A stretch of 64,000 nt of DNA from Fibrobacter sp. UBA4375 (lineage in GTDB: Bacteria; Fibrobacterota; Fibrobacteria; Fibrobacterales; Fibrobacteraceae). Positions 1 to 7,948 of this stretch are shown piece by piece. Location of the stretch: the NCBI GenBank assembly GCA_002391195.1, contig DGRZ01000078.1, forward strand, positions 16,681 through 80,680. The letters run 5' to 3'. The position numbers and the translations under genes are program-made. The number at the start of each line of letters is the position of its first letter. Position 1 is the first letter of the stretch. Below the pieces are notes generated by a model. It worked only from the letters and a program-made list of their open reading frames with translations, had not been told where the DNA came from and did no database searches.

Positions 1-109
1 CGTGGTCGCATTCCCAGGAATGCTCGATGGCCTTCGCCATGGTCATCACGCCGAGCGGCTCGTATTCGCCCTGCTTGTTCTTCATTTCCACAAAAAAGAT
101 CTTGTCCAT
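1..109 (-). CDS. Phage hypothetical protein, partial (MDKIFFVEMKNKQGEYEPLG...)
   Basis: ATG at 109 with GAGGA RBS directly after ssb; runs off window edge. Confidence 0.6.
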   Translation of the reverse strand, partial: MDKIFFVEMKNKQGEYEPLGVMTMAKAIEHSWECDH

Positions 110-119
110 GTTTTCCTCA

Positions 120-524
120 TTAGAATGGCAAATCTTCGTCGGGCAAAGTGCCCTGTTGCTGAGCCGAAGCGACCGCATCGGCTGCGGCATCCTTGTCGCT
201 ACGCTTCTTCTGCACCAGCTCAATCTTGCTGCAGTTCAGCACCTTTTCGCGGTGCTGCACGCCGTCGTCGTCAATCCACTCGTTGTTCTCCATGCGGCCA
301 ATCACGCATACCTTGTCGCCCTGCCCAAGGTGGGTCTTGCGGATGTAATTCGCGCTGCCCCAGATAACCACGTTGTGCCAGTCGGTAGTGCGCGAGCCGT
401 CCTCGTTCTTGTAATCGCGGTCCACGGCGATGCTGAAGCGGGTGCGCTCCTTGCCGCTCGGGAGAGTGGTGATTTCGGGGTTCTTGGCGAGTCGCCCGAT
501 AAATACGCATACGTTCGTCGACAT
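120..524 (-). CDS. ssb: Single-stranded DNA-binding protein
   Basis: NVCVFIGRLAKNPE...FSIAVDR...TDWHNVVIWG OB-fold motifs; acidic tail ending DEDLPF. Confidence 0.95.
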   Translation of the reverse strand: MSTNVCVFIGRLAKNPEITTLPSGKERTRFSIAVDRDYKNEDGSRTTDWHNVVIWGSANYIRKTHLGQGDKVCVIGRMENNEWIDDDGVQHREKVLNCSKIELVQKKRSDKDAAADAVASAQQQGTLPDEDLPF

Positions 525-1019
525 TTATCCTCCAATAAGATTCGTCGCAAGTTCGTTGATGATTGCGTCCGCCTCGTTCTCGACAGCCTTGCGGTCAACC
601 GGCGGCAAGATGCGCTTGCCTGCCGCGATGAGCGGACGGTAGATGTTTGCGAGCTGCCTGAATGCCGGCAGCGTGCGCAGGTCGGCATCCTGCTTTTTCG
701 GGAGCCACGAGTTGGGCACGTGCTGGCTGCTGCTGTAGCCGATAGTGCGGTGCCTGCAGCAGTATTCCAGGTCGCCGATTGTCGCGGCGTGCGGGAACAT
801 CCCGATATCGTTGTGATAATCGTGCGCGTCCTCGAAAAGCCTGCGCAGCTGTGCCGTGCAGCAGGGGAGCGCATCGATGCTCTTGACCGTGAAGAAGAGT
901 TCCTCGCCCTCGATCTTGGGCGCACCGTACTTCACGCGGTCGATTTTCACCAGCGCCTCGATGACCTGCAGCCTGAGCGCCTTGGCGAGCGTGTTTACCT
1001 GTTCCTGGGCGTTTGACAT
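525..1019 (-). CDS. Phage hypothetical protein
   Basis: ATG (MSNAQEQV) after AAGGA RBS; abuts ssb in the same operon. Confidence 0.7.
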   Translation of the reverse strand: MSNAQEQVNTLAKALRLQVIEALVKIDRVKYGAPKIEGEELFFTVKSIDALPCCTAQLRRLFEDAHDYHNDIGMFPHAATIGDLEYCCRHRTIGYSSSQHVPNSWLPKKQDADLRTLPAFRQLANIYRPLIAAGKRILPPVDRKAVENEADAIINELATNLIGG

Positions 1020-1021
1020 AG

Positions 1022-1306
1022 TTATCCTTTGTTGCAACGGCGAATAATCGGATCGCGGTTGGCCGCTTTTGCGATGATGTCGCAAGAACATTTTTCACAG
1101 ATGAAGAAACGACGATTGAAAAATCTGCTGCTTGAGCTTTGTGTTTCGAGAATAGTTTTCTTTAGGTATTCGTTGACTTCTCCGCAGAAATCGCAGGAGA
1201 ATGTCTGGTACATCGTGTTTCCGTCGGCGTCAAGAGCCCTGACTGGATGAATGATGGTTTCTTCTGCGTTCTTCGTGGTCTTTTTTGGGGTTACTTTCTT
1301 ATCCAT
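1022..1306 (-). CDS. Small putative zinc-binding protein (CDFC...CEKC)
   Basis: MDKKVTPKK start overlapping upstream stop; two CxxC pairs. Confidence 0.65.
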   Translation of the reverse strand: MDKKVTPKKTTKNAEETIIHPVRALDADGNTMYQTFSCDFCGEVNEYLKKTILETQSSSSRFFNRRFFICEKCSCDIIAKAANRDPIIRRCNKG

Positions 1307-2231
1307 TTGCAGCCTCGTTTGTGAACATGGACGTGCGGAGCCATTCGTTGCGGTCGTCGCTGTCCTTCTGCTTGAATGTGCGGCCGTCGCCGTTCGCGGC
1401 ACGTTTCTCGGCGGCCTTCTTGTTGATTTCGGCGGTTTCCAGGCGGACCTGGCGCTCCTTGATCTTCTGGACTTCCTGCCACACCCAGTTGCCGTAGCGC
1501 AGCACTGCGGCGTGGTTCTTGTAACGCTTCTTGAGTTTCGGGTTGTTCTCCAGCGCGGAGTCGAGAATCTCGATGGCGGTGGCGAGGTCCTGGCCGTACA
1601 CCTCGCGGAGGTGGTGGCCGTCGGCATCGGAAAGGAGCACGTTCTTGCAAGTGCCGTAGGGCTTCTTCTCGCCTTCGCCGAACAGGTCCGGGGAACGCAC
1701 GGAGGGCGTTTCGGCCTGGCTAGTGGCCGTTTCTCTCTTAAACCCCTTAGGAGTGCCCCCCGTGCGCCGGCTTTCCCGAACCTCGCGGATATCCCCATCT
1801 GCCAAGGCCTTGACGGCCTCTGAGGTGCGCGTTGCGCTTTCAGCTAAATTGTTGTCCGTTTGTGGCCCACGGGTTTCGGACTCCCGTGTTGGCGGATTAC
1901 CGGCCTGGTCGTTTGTGCTTATTTGGTCAGGGTTGTGGTGATTACCTGAGGCGGTTTCTTGGTCGTAAGTTTCTGCGTTGCGGCGTGCAAGGCGGTTTTG
2001 GTAATTGAATGCATTTTCGTTTTGCTTTTTCTGCATTCTTTCAAGTGACTTTTGATACTGTTCTTTTATGTAACAATCGGTCTTGGGATCAATGCAGCCG
2101 GAGCAGCAGTCAATCACTGCCTTTCTGAACCAAGCGCCAAGTTGCGCGTCTGTCATGCCCTGAATGTGTACTGCCATTGCTGCCATATCGAAACTCACGA
2201 ATTGTGCGATTGAATTGCGGTTGCGAGCCAT
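1299..2231 (-). CDS. Putative phage replication initiator (YdaU/DUF1376-like N-terminus)
   Basis: N-terminal FVSFD...MTDAQLGAWFR motif, low-complexity linker, helical C-terminal domain; first large gene of the early operon. Confidence 0.6.
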   Translation of the reverse strand: MARNRNSIAQFVSFDMAAMAVHIQGMTDAQLGAWFRKAVIDCCSGCIDPKTDCYIKEQYQKSLERMQKKQNENAFNYQNRLARRNAETYDQETASGNHHNPDQISTNDQAGNPPTRESETRGPQTDNNLAESATRTSEAVKALADGDIREVRESRRTGGTPKGFKRETATSQAETPSVRSPDLFGEGEKKPYGTCKNVLLSDADGHHLREVYGQDLATAIEILDSALENNPKLKKRYKNHAAVLRYGNWVWQEVQKIKERQVRLETAEINKKAAEKRAANGDGRTFKQKDSDDRNEWLRTSMFTNEAANG

Positions 2232-2235
2232 GCCA

Positions 2236-2394
2236 TTACTGCTGCTCCTTGATTTTGGAGTGCATTGCTTTGACGGCGTCAATGACTATACTGACATTTG
2301 AAAGCGGTTCGAACTTGGCGGCCCGTTCTACCTTTATGTCCGCAAAAATCTTTGTCATTTCCGGCGGCAACTTGACTTGAATTGATTCTGCCAT
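2236..2394 (-). CDS. 52-aa putative ribbon-helix-helix regulator in the Cro position (not in ORF track)
   Basis: MAESIQVKLPPEMTKIFADIKVERAAKFEPLSNVSIVIDAVKAMHSKIKEQQ; AAGGA RBS; alternating IQVKLP strand followed by two helices. Confidence 0.65.
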   Translation of the reverse strand: MAESIQVKLPPEMTKIFADIKVERAAKFEPLSNVSIVIDAVKAMHSKIKEQQ

Positions 2395-2424
2395 TTTAAA
2401 GTCCTTTATGCTTTAAACCAAATT

Positions 2425-2547
2425 TATCATATTCCGATGATAAAGAATCATTTTGTGATAAAAATACAATCACAAAACGATAAAGTCAATAGTTTTTTTA
2501 TTTTTTTTTGATATTTTTTTTATCAAATGCCGATAATACTCTATTTT
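2425..2547. promoter_or_regulatory. Divergent lysis/lysogeny promoters with four 15-bp operators (WATCA-N6-GATR)
   Basis: Sites at 2425, 2446, 2468 and 2521; minus-strand TTGACT-17-TATTTT; plus-strand TATTTT 6 nt before the repressor ATG. Confidence 0.7.
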
Positions 2548-2553
2548 TAGGGT

Positions 2554-2967
2554 ATGGATAACGAATTTTTACATAGAATTAATATTGAGGCTCTAAAAAA
2601 AGAACTGAACCTAGATGTTCCTTCTATTGCCAAGTTGGCCGGTATAAGCGAAAATGGCGTTTATAAATGGGCGTGGCCGAAAGAAAGTAATGGGGCTAGA
2701 CCGTCTTTTAACGCAGTCATTAAACTACTGCAGGCCGGCGCATCCACCGAAACCCTCTTCGGCGTTTCCAGCAAGCCCCAACAGCCCGCTTCCGTGCTGC
2801 CTCCCGAGTTCGTGAAGGCGAATCCGGAAGTTATCGAAGGCTTCCGCGAACAGCTCATGGAAGACTTTATGAAAAAAGGCCTCGTCCCCAAGGAGCAGGT
2901 CAAGGACATCGTCCGCCAGGAAGTCGAGCGCCTGCTCCCGTCCACCAAACCCGTCAACATTTTTTAG
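2554..2967 (+). CDS. CI-like XRE-HTH prophage repressor
   Basis: N-terminal HTH (IAKLAGISENGVYKW...RPSF); divergent from replication operon; no S24 peptidase domain evident. Confidence 0.8.
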   Translation: MDNEFLHRINIEALKKELNLDVPSIAKLAGISENGVYKWAWPKESNGARPSFNAVIKLLQAGASTETLFGVSSKPQQPASVLPPEFVKANPEVIEGFREQLMEDFMKKGLVPKEQVKDIVRQEVERLLPSTKPVNIF

Positions 2968-3025
2968 TTGTTACTTTTCCGAAACCGCGTTAACCGAATT
3001 AACCTATTTTTAAAGGAGTGAAGTT

Positions 3026-3082
3026 ATGGGTAAAAATAACGAGTCTGGTCCTGGTACAAAATATCCGCCACTTCCAAAGTAG
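3026..3082 (+). CDS. 18-aa micropeptide MGKNNESGPGTKYPPLPK
   Basis: Strong AAGGAG RBS 7 nt upstream; stop 5 nt before the next gene. Confidence 0.5.
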   Translation: MGKNNESGPGTKYPPLPK

Positions 3083-3087
3083 GTAAT

Positions 3088-3609
3088 ATGAAAAAATCTG
3101 ATGTCGAATGGGAAATAGAAAGCTGCTGCCGCATTGCGATGAACTACGCTAGTTACAGGTATGCGTTTTTCTCGAAACTCAACGTGTCTCTTGCGATAGT
3201 TTCGCTCGTTTCGATATGGTTCTCCGGCTTTGTGTTTTCCGGAGATTACAAGGCCGTTTCTGCAGTCTTGAATGTTGTCGGATCAATCTCGCTTGTTTTC
3301 GACGTTGTGCTGAATATTAAAGGCTGCACCGGGTTCTGGAAATCGATGTATGAAGGATACAACGGTTTCTTTGCCGAGTTTGCGAGGATTCGGCCGACTG
3401 CATCCGTGGAGGAACTCCAGTCTTTGAAATCGAAGTTTGTCGAATTTGATGGAAAGTGCAATGCGAATCTCAACGCGCTCGGCCTTATCGCCTGGAATGA
3501 CGCGTGCGTCCAGATGGGCAAGTCGGAACATGTCAAACATGTTCCATGGTATAAACGATGGACGGCGAACATTTTCTCGTGGGGTTCCGTCGCAGATAAT
3601 TTTACATAA
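3088..3609 (+). CDS. Two-TM membrane protein, SLATT-like
   Basis: Two adjacent hydrophobic helices (about aa 30-75) followed by a helical region and a Trp-rich amphipathic tail. Confidence 0.6.
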   Translation: MKKSDVEWEIESCCRIAMNYASYRYAFFSKLNVSLAIVSLVSIWFSGFVFSGDYKAVSAVLNVVGSISLVFDVVLNIKGCTGFWKSMYEGYNGFFAEFARIRPTASVEELQSLKSKFVEFDGKCNANLNALGLIAWNDACVQMGKSEHVKHVPWYKRWTANIFSWGSVADNFT

Positions 3610-3611
3610 AC

Positions 3612-3642
3612 AAAAAGCCCGGATTGTTCCGGGCTTTTTTTT
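3612..3642. terminator. Bidirectional intrinsic terminator
   Basis: AAAAAGCCCGGA-TTGT-TCCGGGCTTTTTTTT between convergent genes. Confidence 0.9.
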
Positions 3643-3656
3643 GTGTGTGGCGCGAG

Positions 3657-4073
3657 TTACACGAACTGGACTTCCAGGCGCTTGCCCATGCTTTCGGCGA
3701 TGCGCTTGAGCATCTTGACGCTCAGGTTCGCCTTCGGGTCTTCGAGTCGCTGGTAGGCCTGCTTGGTCATGCCCATTTCGCGGGCGACCGTTGCCTGCGG
3801 CACCTTGCCGCGAGCTGCGGCCACTTGGAGCGCAATAGCGAGTTCGGGGTCCACGTCGATGCGGTAGAGCCCCTTCTTTTCGTTGGCCTTTGTCTTGCAT
3901 TCCGGCAGCGGGTCTCCGTCGAACACGTCTTCGAGGGTGAGCTCCATCGCCTCGTTCGCCATTGCGAGCGCTTCTTCAAGGGTGTCGCCCTGCGTAAAGC
4001 ATCCGTCCAGATCGGGAAAGCTTACGGAGTAGCCACCATCCTTTTCCTTGGTGAGTTTTGCAGTGTAGTACAT
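3657..4073 (-). CDS. hicB: HicB antitoxin with C-terminal HTH
   Basis: GGYSVSFPDLDGCFTQGDTLEEAL motif; XRE HTH; directly downstream of hicA. Confidence 0.93.
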   Translation of the reverse strand: MYYTAKLTKEKDGGYSVSFPDLDGCFTQGDTLEEALAMANEAMELTLEDVFDGDPLPECKTKANEKKGLYRIDVDPELAIALQVAAARGKVPQATVAREMGMTKQAYQRLEDPKANLSVKMLKRIAESMGKRLEVQFV

Positions 4074-4137
4074 CTTATACCTCGTCTTCTAATTGTTCGT
4101 CTTCGTCTTGTGTACTTTTCAAAGAGAGGGGAGGGGC

Positions 4138-4332
4138 CTATTTCAGCCCCGCCTGCTTCTTTATCGACTTTGCCGTCCCAGGCTTCAAGGTTTCGTTCAT
4201 TCCGTGCCCTGCCGGTATCGTGACCTTGTGTCCCTTGTCGTCAGCGTAGCGGAAGTGCGAACCCTTTGACCTGACTTGCCGGAATCCGTTCGATTCAAGA
4301 AGCTTTATCATCTCTTTCACTTTGATTTCCAT
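4138..4332 (-). CDS. hicA: HicA mRNA interferase toxin
   Basis: KEMIKLLESNGF...KGSH...VTIP...LKPGTAKSIKKQAGL. Confidence 0.93.
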   Translation of the reverse strand: MEIKVKEMIKLLESNGFRQVRSKGSHFRYADDKGHKVTIPAGHGMNETLKPGTAKSIKKQAGLK

Positions 4333-4338
4333 GTCTAT

Positions 4339-4383
4339 AATATACATTATATTTTAACTATTGTCAATATATATTTTGACAAT
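4339..4383 (-). promoter_or_regulatory. hicAB promoter with palindromic operator
   Basis: TTGACA-17-TATATT, 6 nt from ATG; inverted repeat ATTGTCAA-N8-TTGACAAT over the -35. Confidence 0.7.
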
Positions 4384-4548
4384 TTTTATAATTTATTTCT
4401 TACAAAAAACGGGAAATAGAATGTTGTTTCTTTACGAAATTGTTATTTTTTACGATAATCTATTGTAGATTAACGTAAAACGTGGTTTAACGTTGCTTAA
4501 GTTTGTATATTTGTTTGTAAAAGTGTTTAACATTAACAATGAAGGCAT

Positions 4549-5100
4549 ATGGCACAATTTGAAGCTTATCATGGTACCAGTAATGATGCTGCGATAAGTA
4601 TTCGTGAAGAAGGATTCTTGATGTCTAAGTCTGAAGGTGAATGGCTTGGAGATGGAGTCTATTTCTTTCTAGGTGGAATTTCTGATCCAAAGGAAGATGC
4701 GGAAGGTTGGGCTATATGCAATTCTTGGGACAACAAAACTAAAAGAAATAAATATGAAATTTTTGCCGTAATCGAGTCGATTTTACGTGTTGAAGATGAT
4801 AATCTTATTGACTTAGACAATGTTGACGACCTGTGTTTCTTTAATGAATTTAGAGAAAGTTTTAATGAGAAGATCAGGCGGGCAGGAAAGAATTACGGGA
4901 AATATGCTGACGGATATGTTCTAAACGAAATGTCAAATGTTGATGTTAAGGTAGTAAAAGCGAGAAAATATGTTAAGCTTAAACCTGATGATAGAATTTT
5001 GGACATCCGTGGAAGCGCGCCGAATTGCACGATTTGTTCTGTAAGAGATAGCAACTGCATAACAAACACAAGAATTGTTAAAACAGGAAGAGTCGTATGA
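4549..5100 (+). CDS. cmdT: ADP-ribosyltransferase toxin, CmdT-like
   Basis: YHGT and WLGDGVYFF ART motifs; first gene of toxin-small gene-SecB operon. Confidence 0.8.
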   Translation: MAQFEAYHGTSNDAAISIREEGFLMSKSEGEWLGDGVYFFLGGISDPKEDAEGWAICNSWDNKTKRNKYEIFAVIESILRVEDDNLIDLDNVDDLCFFNEFRESFNEKIRRAGKNYGKYADGYVLNEMSNVDVKVVKARKYVKLKPDDRILDIRGSAPNCTICSVRDSNCITNTRIVKTGRVV

Positions 5101-5318
5101 CGAAACTTGAAAAAATGAGAATTGCGATGAAGAAATACTTCGACAGTTTTACGCCGGAGGCTTATTGCAAGATGCTCGAAGAAAAATATGGTTTCAAGGA
5201 AATCGTAGATTCTAAAGAGAACGAGGCTTACGAATATTTGAACGTGTCTACTCCTTCTTGTGACACCTGTGTTCGTGTGTTTTCTGAAGAGAGTAAATTT
5301 TACGGAGTGGCCGCATAA
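5097..5318 (+). CDS. cmdA: Antitoxin, CmdA-like
   Basis: 73 aa, overlaps toxin stop (ATGA), ends in ssrA-like YGVAA. Confidence 0.75.
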   Translation: MTKLEKMRIAMKKYFDSFTPEAYCKMLEEKYGFKEIVDSKENEAYEYLNVSTPSCDTCVRVFSEESKFYGVAA

Positions 5319-5731
5319 TGAAAATGTCTATTGGACAATGGTGCGTAAACAGACTTTCCATCGACAGAAAAGAGGTTCAAATAGGTGAGGCCTTGCCAGA
5401 AGGAAAGTTTTCTCTTGACATAAAGAATTCGTTTGACATCGAAAATAAACGGTTTTTTGTGTGCTTTGATCTTACATTGAATGATCCACGATACGATCTT
5501 TTTACTGAGGTGATTTATCCTTTCAATGTTATAGATGGCGAAATAGACGAAACGTTCATCGCCTCGCATTTTCCAAGAGTGAATGCGCCTGCCATTGCTT
5601 TCCCTTATTTAAGGGCGATGATATCGAATATAACGCTACAGGCTGGATTAAAGCCGGTTATGCTGCCGTCGATAAATTTTGCTGAAGCAAAGGAAAACGC
5701 GCCGATAGAAGAAAAGTCAGAATCAAAATAA
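5318..5731 (+). CDS. cmdC: SecB-like chaperone, CmdC-like
   Basis: FPRVNAPAIAFPYLRAMISNITLQAGLKPVMLPSINF SecB signature. Confidence 0.88.
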   Translation: MKMSIGQWCVNRLSIDRKEVQIGEALPEGKFSLDIKNSFDIENKRFFVCFDLTLNDPRYDLFTEVIYPFNVIDGEIDETFIASHFPRVNAPAIAFPYLRAMISNITLQAGLKPVMLPSINFAEAKENAPIEEKSESK

Positions 5732-5768
5732 TCGCTTGTTCTGACCGCCACTGCTGGTCGGCGGTGCC

Positions 5769-5803
5769 AAAAAGCCCGGATTGCTCTCCGGGCCTTTCTT
5801 TTT
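5769..5803 (+). terminator. Intrinsic terminator
   Basis: GCCCGGA-TTGCTC-TCCGGGC followed by a T-rich tract. Confidence 0.8.
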
Positions 5804-5867
5804 GCCCGTAAAAATAACTTGTTACTTTTGCGCGACGGATGCAGCTGGTCGAATCTATATTAAAGGC

Positions 5868-6041
5868 ATGGCAAAGAAAATCATTACAAAAATCGAAGAA
5901 CAGGCTGAAACCGGTCCGACTTATCACACCATCGAGCAGACAGAGTTCGAAGAGATTGTCCGTGAAACGCTAAAAGCGCAAGAATCGTCCCTGAACGCGA
6001 TGAAGCTCATCTCGAAGGCTATCTTCGGCTGGAGCGCCTAG
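5868..6041 (+). CDS. 57-aa hypothetical protein
   Basis: ATG 6 nt after TATATT; MAKKIITKIEEQ... Confidence 0.55.
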   Translation: MAKKIITKIEEQAETGPTYHTIEQTEFEEIVRETLKAQESSLNAMKLISKAIFGWSA

Positions 6042-6238
6042 AGCCCGTCGTGCCCGATAATCGTCACTATTTTGCCCTTGCCGGTCTTTGGATATGACCG
6101 GCTTTTAGTGTTTGCCAGATATTGCCTTGCAGCCATCTTTGCTTCGGCTTCGGTAATAGCCCTGTAAGCGACCACCGTCAATTCGAATTTTCCGATTTTA
6201 ACGAGCGTTTCTACGCTCGGTTTTCTGACTGCGTCCAT
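6038..6238 (-). CDS. 66-aa basic hypothetical protein
   Basis: AAGGAGG RBS; MDAVRKPSVE... Confidence 0.6.
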   Translation of the reverse strand: MDAVRKPSVETLVKIGKFELTVVAYRAITEAEAKMAARQYLANTKSRSYPKTGKGKIVTIIGHDGL

Positions 6239-7228
6239 GACGCCTCCTTTGCGGATGTTGCTAAATGTAATTTTCCTCAAAAAAGAGAAAAAGAACCAAA
6301 AAGAGAAAAGTGCTATATTACACTTCCTTTTTTATCTATAAATACATTCTAATTTATTACTATAAAGTATATAGTAAGAGTAAGCACACTTTTCAGTGTA
6401 TGTTTTCAGAGTATGTTTTAAGCATACTTAAATTACTTTTATTTCTCTACTTAACACAAACGCTTTCGCGAATTTCGCGCATTTTGGGCATTGTCGCATG
6501 GTATCGGCCATTCGTGTATGCGAGAGTCGTGGCCAATCGTCGCGCATATCCGTGCGCTGTGGCAGCCAATATGTTCGCGGGCACCATCGATTCCTTATGA
6601 TGGATTGAAGGCTTCTACGCGCGCTCTGGGCCGTTTGCCGCGTCGTGGGCATTCTCGTATGCCGGCAGCCCAAACAGAGCGCTGTGGGCCGCGCGGCGGG
6701 GCCGTGGGCAGGGCTGGCGATGGGGTGCGGTGTGCGAGATTTAACCTGGCAATCGTCTCGTGGCCCGCCTGCCGCTTTTGGGTTAACAGCCTTTCTTGGC
6801 GCTTGTTTTGTCGGGCGGGTGCCTCCTATCCGTGATGTTGCACGGCCCGATTAACCTTGACTAGTTAAATAATTAACCTACATTATTTAACCGTTAAATG
6901 GCTTGAAATCCTTGTAGAATAAGGCTTTGCGTGGTGTTCGGCTGTTGCTTTTTAACTTTTGTTTTTGGGTGGGCGGTTAATGGTTTATGTTAAGTATTAC
7001 TTTTGGTTTCGCTTGCATTTTGGTCTGGTGTTGTACCCACCCCCGTCGGGGTAGGCCCCCCGTCAAAAAGGGTTGCTAAGCTGGGGTGGCTCAAATGGGG
7101 TGAGTCCGACGCGCCGCGCTCGGCGTTTATTTGATTTTTTCAGTTGGGTTCACAGAGCGTCCGCACGCCTCTTTAAAAGATGTTTCCTTTTTGGTTTATT
7201 CTGCGGTTAATGCGTTTATTTTGTGGGC

Positions 7229-7948
7229 ATGTTCTACAGACACTCACAACACGCATACCCTGACTGCGACTTGGTTTCTGGCAATAAGATCAAGGATATA
7301 ATCGGAGTGACCGCTCCGGCGATTTCCAAGGCTAAACTGAACGGCCGCATCGATACGTTTGAAAATTCAGAGGGCAAGGAATGCTTCCACAGGGAAATCA
7401 CTCCGAAGCAATTCTTCAATAAGCGGGACCGCCGGCACATTACGACTCCGACAAGAGCGCAGATGGCGTCCGGATTCGACAATATGACCGCGCAGGCCGT
7501 CGCGCATCGTCGCGAGTTCGATGTCGGCCTCGGCACGCCTCCGCCAAGTGTTGGTGACGGTGACCCGTTCGACCTTGGCGAAGCTCTTGCCGAGCGTGCC
7601 GACCTCGCCACGTCGAAGGCTCAAAAGGAGTTTTACCAGGCAAAGCTGATGAAACTCAAGTCAGATGAGATGGAAGGCCGTCTCGTGCCGAAACAGCAAG
7701 CGGCAATTGCCGCCTACCAGCTCGGTGCCAATATCCAAGACAAGATTATGACCGTTTATGCGCGGCTCGCGCCTGAAGTCGTCGGGTATTTCAAGGAAGC
7801 GATGTCGAACGCCGGAGTCGACGCCGACAAGATTACAGCGGTGACGGCCGGTGCCGATCATGCTGTTGGCGAAAAGATTCGCAAGGCCTGCCTTGCCGCG
7901 CTTCGAGACCTGACTGAAAAAACCGAGGAAAACATCCTGGATGGATGA
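7229..7948 (+). CDS. Terminase small subunit (Nu1-like)
   Basis: N-terminal HTH-like segment; KAQKEFYQAKLMKLKSDEMEGRLVP coiled coil; overlaps the large subunit start. Confidence 0.8.
   Translation: MFYRHSQHAYPDCDLVSGNKIKDIIGVTAPAISKAKLNGRIDTFENSEGKECFHREITPKQFFNKRDRRHITTPTRAQMASGFDNMTAQAVAHRREFDVGLGTPPPSVGDGDPFDLGEALAERADLATSKAQKEFYQAKLMKLKSDEMEGRLVPKQQAAIAAYQLGANIQDKIMTVYARLAPEVVGYFKEAMSNAGVDADKITAVTAGADHAVGEKIRKACLAALRDLTEKTEENILDG

Noticed and set aside
27-1016. 329-aa plus-strand ORF
   Set aside because: Antisense to ssb and its neighbour; no recognisable features
6310-6854. ORF-track proteins in the pre-terminase region
   Set aside because: Overlapping low-complexity frames without RBS or motifs; treated as non-coding
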